Assembly (NCBI GenBank): GCA_963733035.1 | Contig: CAVTBU010000005.1 | Span: forward strand, 608,001-672,000 | Direction: 5' to 3' | DNA length: 64,000 nt | DNA from: Pirellulales bacterium | GTDB taxonomy: Bacteria; Planctomycetota; Planctomycetia; Pirellulales; PALSA-1355 | Shown: piece after piece, positions 11,442 to 23,388 of the stretch | Position numbering within the stretch: position 1 is the stretch's first letter | Layout: each line of letters starts with the position of its first letter | Notes under the pieces: generated by a model | What the model was told of the DNA's origin: nothing | What the model saw: the letters and a program-made list of their open reading frames with translations, nothing else | Database searches by the model: none | Made by a program: the position numbers and the translations under genes

Positions 11442-12594
11442 CTAGGGAGACTGCGACGGTGATTTGTCCGCGGACGCTTGTTCCGGATCGTCGTGACGCA
11501 GCATCACGGTGCGATGCGGGAAGGGAATTTCGATTCCCAATTCGTCAAAGCGATGCTTGATGCGTCGCAGATACTCGCGCTTGACGGCCCATTGCTTGAG
11601 CGGCTCGGTCTTGATAATCATCTTGATGGACACGGCCGAATCACCCAATGCGTCGACGCCCAACAGTTCAGCATCTTCGAGAAGGAATTCTCGGAACTTC
11701 TCGTCCCGGCGCATTTCGCCAGCGACGGCAAGCATGACCTCCGCGACGCGATCGGTGTCTTCTTTATAGGCGACGCCGACCTCAATTAGCGCGCGACCAT
11801 GTGTGTGTCATGTTGCTGACGGTTGTTATCGTTCCGTGCGGGATGAAATGCGCGGTACCTTCCAGGTCGCGAAGCACGGTCATCCGCAAAGTAATCTGCT
11901 CGACAGCGCCGGATATGTCGCCGATCTTGACGACGTCATTAACTCCGTACTGGTCCTCGAGCAACACCATGAAACCGGAAAAGTAGTCCTTGATCAGATT
12001 CTGGGAGCCGAAAGCGACTGCCAAGCCGAGCACGGCGGCACCTCCCATCAGCGGTACGATGGAAATCCCCAACTGTTCCAAGACCATCAGCGCGCCTCCG
12101 CCCAGCACCACCAGCGACGCGATATTTTGAAACACGCCAACCAGAGTCACCGCGCGATTCTCGCGCTCGCGTACCGAGCCGCGTCGGCCGCCGCGGGCAA
12201 CCACTTTGACCAGGTGTTTGCCGCTACGCTGAATGACGACGTAGACCGCGAGCGTGGCTACCAGAATCCCCACGATCCGCAGGATGTCTTCGGTGGTCGG
12301 ACCATGATTCTTGGCCCACTCCCACATCTGGGCAAACGTAAGTCGATCGCCGGTCTGTTTTTGGTTCGCGCCGCCAAGCGCTGCTTCGTCGTTAGCCTGT
12401 TTCTGCTTCGTTGCGGCCGCGTCCGCATCGACCTGCGCGGCGTCGCGCTTCGCTTCCTGCTTGGCCAGCGTGGGCAACCCGATCTCGGGTCCAACTTGAC
12501 CGCTATATGCAGGGCTCGCGACTAGCGCAACAGCGAGTCCGCAACAAATAAGGCGTCTAGTGGTGAAAAGATAGCCATCCATAAGCTGACTCAT
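11442..12594 (-). CDS. MscS-family mechanosensitive channel, YbiO-like (frameshift at ~11790)
   Basis: GLAVAFGSQNLIKDYFSG, GDISGAVEQITLRMT..RD..G..HFIP, C-terminal GIEIPFPHR; the two ORFs join at WSRA/LIEVGV. Start is approximate. Confidence 0.88.
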
Positions 12595-13243
12595 AGCGTT
12601 CCAGATTGATCGCCCATGTACCAGTTGACCATGGCAGGCCAACAGCCCGGTGCGTGTGAACTGCCGCGTGTCGTTGCAACGATTGACCCGCAGCGCGGCC
12701 AGTATAAGAAGATCGGAGATAGGTGTCAGGGTGGATTTCGCACGACGGAAGGGGCTCCGTAAGCCTCTGCGGTAGAGTCACTTAAACCAACTTAGTGACG
12801 TGCGGCATGCTTCGTTTCCGTGCGGCACTCCGTGCCGTAGCAAACAACAGGGTAACCATGATGAACTTAGCGCCGAGGTCAGCATGCAACGCCAATGACA
12901 ACAGCACGTCACTGTGAGAACCTGGTTACGAGGCAACCTCCGCGCTGCTACGACTGCCAATGATGCGCGGCACAGTCGCCACCGCCTGGAAAAGGAGTGC
13001 TGGTTCAGATGAGGGGTATGCGGACGCAGCCAACCAAATTCCACTGGCAATCGAGCCAGCGAATCCGTTACATTCGAAGAATCAGATGAGGGGCGGCGGC
13101 ACGCCTGACCTAATCTCTCCAGGCCCGGGCGGCTAGAGCGGAACAGAGTATTGGTGTTCGCGGACACCAGCTTTCTTCGTGCCGTTCTCTTTGGGGGCAA
13201 AACTCTTTTCTCATCGCGCCATTGTTGCGCGACTAATACGACC

Positions 13244-15959
13244 ATGAACTCCGAGCCTAGCTTGTTTTGGCGGCGCAAGGGAGCACGTCCCACCGCGCGG
13301 CAGTGTCACTCCGAAGACCTCGAATCGCGTATTGCACTGACTGCGACGGCGGTTGCGCCATCGGCGACGGACGACCTCGCCCGACCGTTGGCCGCGGATA
13401 TGAGCCAGGACGGCGTAACGATCACGGCGACCGAGATCCGCACGGCCATGGACATCATTCCGCGTTTTGCGGCCAATCCCACGATCACCGCGATTCGCAG
13501 TGGCAATTGGAACGACCCGTCGATGTGGTCTGCGGGGCGACTACCTGGCGCCGGCGACCGCATTTCGATCGGCGCAGGTCGAACTGTTTTCTATGCTGCG
13601 CAGAGCAATACCAAGCTCGACAGTCTCGAGATTAGCGGATCGCTGATTTTCAGTACGACCACGAATACGCGCATGGTGATCGCCAATATTACCGTGATGC
13701 CGGGCGGTTTGCTGCAGATCGGCAGCACCATATCGCCCGTCAGCGCGGGCGTAACGGCCGAACTGGTCATCGCCGACAAACCAATTGATCTGGCCAACGA
13801 TCCGCGTCAATTTGGCACGGGGTTGATCGGCCTGGGCACCGTGCGCATTCAAGGGGCGGCGCTCAGTGAGACGTGGCAGCAACTCGCCGCCGAACCGCTG
13901 GCCGGCTCGAAACTCCTGCTGCTATCCGACGCTTCCTCCGACTGGAAACCCGGCGATACGCTCGTGCTTCCCGACTCGCGACAGGTACCTGCATCGCAGG
14001 CAGACAGTTTCGCGAACGGACCGCTGCCCGGGCAATGGGAGGAGGTCGTAATCGATCGGGTCGTCGGCAATGTCGTGCTGCTGAAGGATCCGCTCAAATA
14101 CGATCACCTTGGTGCCCGCGATATGACTGGGCAACTACAACTCATGCCACACGTGGCCTTGCTTAACCGCAACATCATTATCCGCTCTGAAAACCCCAAC
14201 GGAACGCGAGGGCACACTCTGTTTACCGCCCGGGCCGACGTGAACATTGAATATGCCCGCTTCCTCGATTTAGGACGAACCGACGCGTTTCAGCCTCTGG
14301 ACAATACCACGTTCGACGCCAACGGCAACGTCACGCACTACGGCACGAACCAGATTGCCCGCTATGCCGTGCATTTCCATCACTTGATGGGCCCTGTAAA
14401 TGCCACAAACACCGGCTATCAGTTCCAGCTCGTTGGCAATACGATCGAAAATTCGCGCAAATGGGCCGTCGACGTGCATGGAACCAGCTTCGGCCTGGTC
14501 GAGGGAAATGTCGTCTATGGCGCAAGGCGCCGGCTACGTCACGGAAGCAGGATCAGAAATCGGCAATATCTTTCGCGATAACATCGCGATACGCGTGCTC
14601 GGGACGCGCCAAGATGGAAAGTCTGGCACCGATGTGGGCGACTACGGCCGGGGAGGTTCAGGCTTCTGGTTTCGTCGTGGCGGCAATACGATCGTCGGAA
14701 ACGTAGCGGTCGACACATCGTATGCCGGTTTTGTATTTGACGGCTATAACCTGGACGCACCGAACCTGCCCCTGTTTCGCGGCGCAAACGTTCGCGATCC
14801 CGCGCAGAGGGTAGCCGGAGACCTGGTTCCCAGCACGCTGTTCCTCAACAATACAACCTACGGTTGGACGAACTTCGGACTTTGGGCCGCGTACACCTCG
14901 GGCGACGATTTGCTTGCGAACCAGCCCATCACGCTCGTTTACAACTTCCGGGCCTGGAATGTCATGACGGGCGTGTGGGCGTACCACACCAGCAAACTCA
15001 CGTTCGACCACGTGCTCATTCTGGGAGACTTGAAAGCGCGCGACCGCAACGACAGCGGCGCGGTGGGAATGGACTTCGAACCGTACGAAAACTACGACGT
15101 CGTTATCCGCAACTCGCGAATCGAGGGCATGTATCTTGGCATCATCGCCCCCACCGACGACGCCACGCAGGCCGGAGTTGAACGCCCAACGGAGATCTCA
15201 ACGTCGACATTGAAAAACTATATCAACATTGTTGTGCAACCCGGGCACGACACCATGCCGTCATACGGTAATGTGCTGGAGGTGCGCAACGTTAAGTTCC
15301 AGCTGGTCACTCAGCTTCCCGACGGCCCTTATCCGCTCAGTGCAATTCATCCACCCGCCAATATCTGGATGCGCGTTCACGGGGACAACTTGGACTACAC
15401 GCACACGAGCATCGTCCGCGTATACGACTACAACCAGGTGCCAGGAGATAATTTTCAGGTATTCTATCGAGAACAAAATGCGGGGTACGTGCTGCCGCAA
15501 ACCGATATGACGCTGTTGGGGAGCCGCAACTGGGGCGATGTGGGTTCTCCCGAGGCCGGGCTCACGAACGCTCAGAACTGGACCAAGTATGGAATCGCGC
15601 TGGCGGGGACAATTGCGCCGGCCGGCGCCAAAGCGTCCCGCCCTGAGATCAACGGGTTAGTGGCGCCAATTCAGCAGACTCCGGCCGTTCCACGGGTGGT
15701 GTTGGTCACGCCCTGGAACAACGCGGTGGTCACGACTTCCTATCTCCGTGTGAGGTACAACGTAATCGGCGCGCTGGCTGCGAACGAGCACGTCTACGTT
15801 CAACTCGATGAAGGAGCGCCGATCACGAACTATATCGACGGCGGCTTCTTCAACCTCTCGCCAGGCAACCACACTGTTCTGGCCTACATCGGCGACGCCG
15901 ACGGCACTCGCCTGCCGAACACCTCGGTAGCCGTCAGTGGCTTTCGCGTTTCTTACTAA
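13244..15959 (+). CDS. Extracellular G8-domain / parallel beta-helix protein with planctomycete LEPR-XLL-like leader (frameshift at ~14520)
   Basis: EDLESRIALT leader; SGNWNDPSMW..GRLPGAGD G8 start; VALLNRNIIIRS, GHTLF, RYAVHFH; PbH1-like repeats across ORFs 13151 and 14400; small Ig-like C-terminus. Confidence 0.8.
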
Positions 15960-16140
15960 CTTCCGCGCGGACCATGGCAAATATGTTTTGCGGTCCCGTA
16001 ATTACCATGCAGGCCGCCTATTCCGCGTGCGTGCCTGGCGGCGCCTGGTTATATTTGAGGTAACCGTTGGAGCGCATCGCTTGCCGACGCGCGTGCGATA
16101 GTGCCAGTGCGTGTTCGTTCTCGGTTCTGGAGATCCTCCG

Positions 16141-17043
16141 ATGTTCCGGCGTGGGCAAATCTTCTTCCAACTGTTGTCGGCCGCATGCTTTTTCGGAGGC
16201 AGTCATGCCCAGTCGAACGCCGTCGAACCCGCGCACTTTCATCATGTGCAGCTCAACGTCACAAACCCAAAGGAATCGATCGAGTTTTATAGCCGCGTGT
16301 TTGGTGCCACGCCCGTCAAGTTTCGCGGAGTCTCCGACGCGCTGTTTACCGAACGGTCATTCCTACTGCTCAACAAGGTGGAACAGCCGCCCGCGAGTAA
16401 ATTGAACACCGGCATCTGGCACATTGGCTGGGGTGGCGTGGACGTGAAACATGAATACGAGTGGTGGAAGCGCCACGACGTGACCATTCATACACCGCTC
16501 TCTCCGCTACCAGGCCGCGACAACTTCTATATGTATATTAGCGGTCCGGATCAGGAACTCATCGAAATCAATACCATGGGGCACCATCGTTTCGCCCATG
16601 TGCACTTCTTTTGCGACGATGTGAACGAGACCACCGACTGGTACGCCAAGCACTTGGGACTCAAGCCCCGACTGGCGCACCGTCCAAAACCGAAAGGGAA
16701 CATGGAAACGTTGGCCGACATCTGGATCAACGTTATCCAATGCGACAACGTCACGATGATCTTCTTCGGCAAACCCGACGTTTCACCTTCGCCACCGTGG
16801 TGGCCTGACGACCCGCTTCGAGAAATCCAGCCCACAAGGAATCGCCCCATCGACCGCGTCGGCTTTTCCTACCGAGACATTCAGCCGGTCTACAACCGCA
16901 TGCAGACGGCCGGCGCGAAGATCATCGAGCCCATTACCGAGAAGGAACAATATAAGCTCAAAAGCTTCCTGGTCGAGGGCCCCGACAAAGTGACGATTGA
17001 AATCGTCGAAGCCAAGCCGATTCCCGAAGGCATCTGGGAATAG
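16141..17043 (+). CDS. Exported two-domain VOC/glyoxalase-family protein
   Basis: Signal-peptide-like N-terminus; HFHHVQLNV, WHIGW, GPDQELIEI, FAHVHFF and GPDKVTIEIVE. Confidence 0.8.
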   Translation: MFRRGQIFFQLLSAACFFGGSHAQSNAVEPAHFHHVQLNVTNPKESIEFYSRVFGATPVKFRGVSDALFTERSFLLLNKVEQPPASKLNTGIWHIGWGGVDVKHEYEWWKRHDVTIHTPLSPLPGRDNFYMYISGPDQELIEINTMGHHRFAHVHFFCDDVNETTDWYAKHLGLKPRLAHRPKPKGNMETLADIWINVIQCDNVTMIFFGKPDVSPSPPWWPDDPLREIQPTRNRPIDRVGFSYRDIQPVYNRMQTAGAKIIEPITEKEQYKLKSFLVEGPDKVTIEIVEAKPIPEGIWE

Positions 17044-17063
17044 CTCGCAAAGAGGCATCTACC

Positions 17064-18288
17064 GTGTATGACGAGTTGGCCGGCAAACTCACCGCGCTCA
17101 ATCCCCGGGACGGACAATACGCCACCCGATTCGTTGAATTGATCCTGGCCGAGGGACGACGTCGGGCGGCAAGCGACATACACCTGCAACCGACGCCCGA
17201 CGGGCTGGCGGTGCGGTTCCGCGTCGACGGTGTCTTGTCGCCCGTCGGCACGTTTCCTCCTGGCGTTGCGGCCAACGTCATAGCGCGGCTCAAAGTCCTG
17301 GCCGAACTGCTCACGTATCGTAGTGACGTGCCGCAGGAAGGACGTATCCGCGGAGCTGGAATCGACGACGATTTCGAGGTTCGAGTCAGTACTTTTCCCA
17401 CGCTGCATGGTGAGCGGGCCGTGGTCCGATTGTTCAGCGGGACTTCGCGGTTCCGTCATTTAGACGACCTGCAACTGCCCAACGAGATCCTGGGCGCTGC
17501 GCCAATTGCTGGCCGAAACGTCCGGCGCCATTCTGATCACCGGTCCGGCCGGCAGCGGCAAGACCACGACACTTTATGCCTGCCTGAACGAATTGGTCGA
17601 TCACGCCCTCGTCCCACGCAGCATCGTAACGCTCGAAGATCCCATCGAGATGGCAATCCACGGGATCTCGCAGTCGCAGGTCAACGAGACGGCCGGTTTC
17701 GATTTGGCCACGGCCGTGCGGAGCGTGCTGCGACAGGATCCAGAGGTGATCATGGTGGGCGAAATTCGCGACCGTCCCACTGCCGAGGCAGCTTTGCAAG
17801 CATCGTTGACCGGACAGCTGGTGCTCAGCTCGTTTCACGCCGGCAGTGCGGCCGCGGCAGTCCGCCGCCTGCTTGACATGGGGTTGGAACCTTACGCACT
17901 GCGCAGCGGCATACTGGCGATCCTGTTTCAGAGGCTCGTGCGCCGCCTCTGCGACTGCTCGCAACCCGCCACGGACGAGGAGTCCACACTTGGACTTTCC
18001 GTTCGGCAAGCCCACGTGGCGGTGGGTTGCCGAAAATGCGGCGGCACCGGGTATCGGGGACGGATGGTCTTGGCCGAGATGCTGCCGTTGGATGACGACG
18101 GACTGGGGCAGGCCATCCTGGCGCGAGCCGAACTCGCCACGCTGGAAGCCCACGCGCTGGCAGCCGGCATGGTCGACCGCTGGAGTCGGGCCACCGCCGC
18201 GGTGGAAAGCGGTGAGACCAGCCCGGCGGAAATCCGTCGCGTATTGGGCTTTTCCAGTCCAAAATCGGGCAGGCCGAATCGGGATTGA
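17064..18288 (+). CDS. GspE/PilB-family secretion ATPase, short form (frameshift at ~17495)
   Basis: ASDIHL, RFRVDGVL, PQEGR, Walker A GPAGSGKTT, TLEDPIE, RQDPEVIMVGEIRD, Cys motifs CDC and CRKC. Confidence 0.92.
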
Positions 18289-18421
18289 GTCTGGTAATTG
18301 CGCTTGCGGGGGGACTATACTACGGGCATCCTATTCTAGCCTTGCGTGCCGCGCCGCCCCGGCGTCGAACAGAGGAGCGGCCGAACGCGTCCTGTTCGGG
18401 AGCGTTTCCGTGGCAACGAGC

Positions 18422-19510
18422 ATGTCGTTGGACGATCTGGTCGTATTGAACGACGAGATCGCAAGTTTGGTGAGAGCGGGCGTGCCTCTCGAACTGGGTC
18501 TCTCCAGTTGGAGTCGCGATCTATCTGGTCCGTTGCGTTCCACTGTAGCCAGGCTCGGCGAGTCCGTATCCCGTGGACGGAGCCTCGACGATGCGTTGGC
18601 CGACGACTCGCTGAAGATTCCGCCCGTCTATCGGGCAGTGGTCACCGCCGGACTTCGCTCCGGTCGCTTGCCGGCCGCGCTTGAATCGCTGGCCGAAAGC
18701 GCGCGTCGCATCCAGCAGCTGCAAAGCGCCGTCGTGTTGGCTATGATCTACCCGCTGCTGCTCGTGACGCTGGCGTATTCGTTGCTCTTGCTGTTGCTCG
18801 TCATCGTATTGCCGGCATTCGTGACCGTGTACGAGGCTCGGCCGCCGGAGTATCTGGTTGGACTCGCCGGCGCAGGCAAGCTGGCCACCGCCGGCATTCC
18901 CATTCCGGCGACCGACCGCGCTGTGCCTTTTGCCACCCTGCCTCCGCTTCTACTGTGGGTCGTGGTCGTCATCTGGTGGCTTCGGAGTCGACAATCGCTG
19001 GTCATTGCCTCGGACCGCATTTGGCGATTCATTCCGTTCGCAGGTCGTGCCATGCGACGGGCACGCGCGGCGTCTCTCGCCGAGATCTTCGGGCTGTTGC
19101 TGGAGCACCACGTACCGCTACCCGCAGCTGTCCGACTGGCGGCAAGCTGCACGCACGACCGCCGGATGACATGTGTGACGAGCGACGTTGCCGCTCGCTT
19201 GGAGGCCGGACAACCCCCGTTGCCCGAACAATTGAAAGCGCTGGAGTTGCCACCGGTATTGGGGCTGTTGATTGCCAGTGGCGCCCGCCAACAAACGCTG
19301 GTTTCGATGTCCCGCAGCGCCGCCGAAAACGATCGACGCCGCGTAGAGCGCGACGTCACCTGGCTCCGCGATTGGTTGCCCGTGTGGATGGTATTGACAC
19401 TTGGCGTGGCCATCGGCGTGATCTATTGCCTGACGTTCTTCGTTCCGTTCACGCAGTTGCTAGAGGCATTTGGCCAAACCACCGGTTCTTCGATGCGTAT
19501 CCACCCATGA
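18422..19510 (+). CDS. GspF/PilC-family platform protein
   Basis: LVRAGVPLELGL, G.SL..AL, GLRSGRL..AL, AMIYP followed by TM helices. Confidence 0.88.
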   Translation: MSLDDLVVLNDEIASLVRAGVPLELGLSSWSRDLSGPLRSTVARLGESVSRGRSLDDALADDSLKIPPVYRAVVTAGLRSGRLPAALESLAESARRIQQLQSAVVLAMIYPLLLVTLAYSLLLLLLVIVLPAFVTVYEARPPEYLVGLAGAGKLATAGIPIPATDRAVPFATLPPLLLWVVVVIWWLRSRQSLVIASDRIWRFIPFAGRAMRRARAASLAEIFGLLLEHHVPLPAAVRLAASCTHDRRMTCVTSDVAARLEAGQPPLPEQLKALELPPVLGLLIASGARQQTLVSMSRSAAENDRRRVERDVTWLRDWLPVWMVLTLGVAIGVIYCLTFFVPFTQLLEAFGQTTGSSMRIHP

Positions 19511-21946
19511 CGCAGTTCCAATACACCGCCGTAAACGAGCAAGGCCTGCCGGTCTCGGGTGTGGTCGAGGCGGCCGATTGGCAATCCGCGTTGGAACTGC
19601 TTACCGCGCGTCGGCTGACCGAGTGCCAACAAACCGGTATCGCGGACTTGCCCTCGCTTTCATCGGCCGACGCGGTGGAATTGGCTGGTTACCTTGCCGA
19701 ACTTTCGAAAACCGGGCTCCCTCTCGGCGGGACGCTTCAAGCGTTGGCCCAGGACGTTTCGTCCGCGAAGTTGCGCCGCGTGATCGATGACCTCGTGGCC
19801 CGGCTGGAATCAGGTCAATCACTCGAGCTGTCGCTGGAATCGCTTGGCAGCAGTTTACCCGAGCACATTCGACGCCTACTCGTGACCGCGGCCCGCTCCG
19901 GTCGACTGTCTGAACGCGCTGGAACGGCTACTGAAACATGAGCAGAAGATCGATGACATGAGTCGGCGACTGCGTCAGGCAGTGGCCTATCCTTTGCTGC
20001 TGCTAGCGATGTTGTTCGCGTGGTTGCTGTTTGTCACGATGAACGTTCTTCCACAAGTTATTGCAGTTCTCAACGAACCCTACGACGGCAGCTACGCCAC
20101 CGACTATCTCGGATTCTCGCTTCCAATATTTGCAGCGTGGGTGCCGTGGATCCTGGCCGGATTGTTAGCGGCCGGGATGATTGTTTTGGTCACTGTGTGG
20201 CTCTTTCGCGGAACGGCGGGGCTCAGTCGACTCTTGACGCTCATACCACTCATTGGCCCGTGCTGGCGCGATCGTGGTCTCGCCGATTTCACGGGATTGC
20301 TGGGCGAGTTCGTCGATGCGCGATTTACACTGCCGGAGGCCCTGCAGCTGACGGCGCGCGGCATCCGTGACCCCGCGCTTCGCCGAGCATCAACTCAGGC
20401 GGTCTCGCTGGTCGAACGAGGTTCGGCACTTGCTCCCGCACTTCACTTTCAGGGCAACTTTCCGGACACGCTCACCCAATGGTCAGCCTGGGGCCAAGAA
20501 CGCGGCCCACTTCCGGCGGCCATGCGGGCGGCGGCCGAAACGTTTTCCGATCGGTTCGACTTGCGATTGCAGTTTTTGCGAACGGTCTTTCCGGCCATCG
20601 TTTTCTCACTGATCGCGGCCAGCGCGGTGTTTGTGGCGGCCGGCGTGTTTCGCTTAATGTCCAGTTTCATTGTGAGTCTCAGCGGCGACTATCTGAACGC
20701 TCCCGAATCGTCTCAGCAGCCCATTTTGTTGGCAGGAATCGTGGTCGGCGTGCTGGTCGTGGGGCTGACCTTGCTGCTCTTGGGACGCGCGATTCGCACG
20801 CGTAGCGACGCGACGGAGATCGTGGCGCTTGTGGCCCGGTACATCGGGATCACCTTCATCGCTGGGGCACTCTTGGTAGGTAGCATCCTCGTTACCGTCG
20901 TCGGATGGCTAGGTTGGCTGTTGCTCATGTTCGCCTGGATTCGCGGCGCTTGGCGATATCGACAGATGCAACGACAGGAATTGTGGACCACCCTATCACT
21001 GGCCGCTGAACGACACGCGCCGCTCGCCCCCATGGCGCTAGCCTTTGCGGACGAGCAAAGGGGAAGCGTAGCACTTGCGGCCCGGCAACTTGCTCGCGAA
21101 CTGGCCGCCGGAGCCGACCTGGCCGAAGCCTTGGCCTGGACCAAGGGGGCGCTGCCCCCGGAAGCCCGGCTGGCGATTCGCGTCGGCACGGATACCGGCG
21201 ACTTGTTCGGTGCCTTGCGGGCTACGCGCGGGAACCGCGGGACGGGTCGGCCGCTAATGCCTGCCGCCGTCGTCTGGCTCTTGATTTTCCTGCCCGTGGC
21301 GTTGGGGCTCATCAGTTTTATGCAAATCAAGATTATGCCGTCGTTCGTGGCAATCTTTGACGACTTCTCGACGAGCCTGCCGCCATTGACCGTCATGATG
21401 ATCACTGTCGTGAACTGGACGTGGTTGCCTTTCGTCGCACTTGCGCTTGCGTTTCTGGCAATCTTGTTTTGGCTTCAGTGGCGGGGGACTTTGCAGCCAC
21501 GGCTACCGGGCTTGAAGCGAGTTGCACGCTGGGTGGAACTTGCGCCGCTGTTGCGAATTCTGTCGCTCGTTACGCAACGAGGCCAATCGTTGTCATCTAC
21601 ACTGGAGTCGATGGCGCGCTTGCATCCCCACGCCTGGATGCGTCGCCGCTTGCGAACCACGTTGCGCGATCTGGAGATGGGCTCGACCTGGCAGGCAAGT
21701 CTGCGGCAACGCCGCATGTTAAGCGACGGCGAGTTGGCCGTGCTCGCAGCCGCCGAGCGAAATGGCAACCTTCCCTGGGCATTGGCCGAACTGGGCGACA
21801 GCCTGCAGCGACGGGCCGAATTCCGACTCAAATTCTTCGGAGAGTTTGCATTTCCGCTGCTGGTGGCGCTTGTGGGATTGACGGTCGCCTTGATCGTCGT
21901 GGCTTATTTTCTGCCGCTCGTAAACCTCATCATCAGTCTTTCCTAG
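19507..21946 (+). CDS. Double-length GspF/PilC-family protein (frameshift at ~19915)
   Basis: FQYTAVNEQG..VSG.VEA start; four T2SSF-like repeats (TGLPL, FTLPEAL, APLAP, GQSLS..AERNGNL); ATGA overlap with the upstream gene. Confidence 0.85.
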
Positions 21947-21955
21947 GACCGATCC

Positions 21956-22447
21956 ATGGAACGCCGCGGAATCGTTCTCATCGAGGTGCTCACTGCCTGC
22001 GGACTGCTGGCAGTCCTACTTGCGCTTTGCATTCAGCTATTGTCGCTGACTGCGATCGAGAGGCGACACGTCGAACGACGGGCGATTGCCATGCAAGCAG
22101 CCGCGAACCTTGTCGAACAGGCCTCGGTAGTGCCCTTTGATCAGTTGACGGACGAGAAGCTTGCGGCGATCGAGGTTTCTCCGGGCATTGCAAGGCTACT
22201 GCCCGACGTGAAGACCATGTTCACTGTTGTCGAAGAACCCCACGAATTGACAGCCAAACGAGTCCGGGTCGAAATCCAATGGAAGGGTCGCGGCGGTCGC
22301 CGTGAGCCACCAGTTCGGCTGACGTATTTTGCCTACGATTCGGCGAAGCCGGCCCGGCAAGCGGAGGCCAAATCGCCGAAGAAAGGCTCGCTGGTGGAGG
22401 AGGAGAAAACCACCCCAGAAGATGCTTCAAAAGGAACCTCGCCATGA
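21956..22447 (+). CDS. Minor (pseudo)pilin
   Basis: Class III signal MERRG|IVLIEV with Glu5 and a hydrophobic helix. Confidence 0.85.
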   Translation: MERRGIVLIEVLTACGLLAVLLALCIQLLSLTAIERRHVERRAIAMQAAANLVEQASVVPFDQLTDEKLAAIEVSPGIARLLPDVKTMFTVVEEPHELTAKRVRVEIQWKGRGGRREPPVRLTYFAYDSAKPARQAEAKSPKKGSLVEEEKTTPEDASKGTSP

Positions 22448-22956
22448 AACACCCGCGAACCGGGATTGCGCTGGTTGAGGTAATGCTGGCAATCGTCATC
22501 GCCACGGCGCTGGTGAGTGCGCTCGGAATCTCGGTTGCCCGCATGCTGCAATCGAACCGTGCGGCCCAGGAACATCTGCAGACCGTCACAAATCTTGGTC
22601 GCTTCGGCGAGCAGTTCCGCCGCGACGCCCACACCGCATCCAACGTCTTGATCAATGAGCTCGAAACTGACGAACGCCAGCTTGTATTGAACCACGGCGA
22701 CAATCACACGATCATTTATCAAATCATTCCCGGGGGAATCGAACGCACTCAAGGTGAGGGGGACAAAGTTCGGCGGCGCGAACGCTTCCTGCTACCGGGC
22801 ATGCGGCCGCTCGCCTGGAATCTCGAAGCAGATCGTCAACAGGTTGCCTTGTCGATCGGAAAATTGGCGCACCCAAGTATTGAAGACAACGCACTAAGCG
22901 CCCAGTTTTCAATCCTGGCAGTACTGCGAAACGCGGCCACACCAACGACGCCGTAG
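22444..22956 (+). CDS. Minor (pseudo)pilin, GspJ/PilW-like
   Basis: RTG|IALVEV with Glu5; FRRDAH helix; ATGA overlap. Confidence 0.85.
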   Translation: MKHPRTGIALVEVMLAIVIATALVSALGISVARMLQSNRAAQEHLQTVTNLGRFGEQFRRDAHTASNVLINELETDERQLVLNHGDNHTIIYQIIPGGIERTQGEGDKVRRRERFLLPGMRPLAWNLEADRQQVALSIGKLAHPSIEDNALSAQFSILAVLRNAATPTTP

Positions 22957-22962
22957 TTAGCC

Positions 22963-23388
22963 ATGACCATACACTTGAAAAAGATTTGCGATCAAAGAGG
23001 CATCCTGATCTTTACGATCTTGGGTTGCTTGACGCTGGTGGCCATGTTGGCGGGTGTCTGGCTACGCTTGCTGGCACTGGAGCGACAACAAGTCCGAACG
23101 CAACAAAACGTATTGCAAATAGAGTATCTGGCCGAATCGGGCTTGAACCGGGCAACGACCCGCTTGACCACGAACGCCGAGTACGACGGCGAAACCTGGG
23201 AGCTGAGTCCTGAGAACATCGGCCTGGCAACTCCCGCCAAAGTAATGATCACGGTCCAACGAGACGATGGGAACCCGCAAGTTCGAGCGATCACCGTCAC
23301 GGCCGAGCTGGTCACCGCAGGTCCCAAGAAGGTCTCGCGCCGAAGACAACAAACGATTCTCCTTCCAACCAAGGAATCGACGCCATGA
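22963..23388 (+). CDS. Minor (pseudo)pilin, GspK/PilX-like
   Basis: QRG|ILIFTI lacks Glu5; YLAESGL..A motif typical of PilX/GspK N-termini. Confidence 0.8.
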   Translation: MTIHLKKICDQRGILIFTILGCLTLVAMLAGVWLRLLALERQQVRTQQNVLQIEYLAESGLNRATTRLTTNAEYDGETWELSPENIGLATPAKVMITVQRDDGNPQVRAITVTAELVTAGPKKVSRRRQQTILLPTKESTP

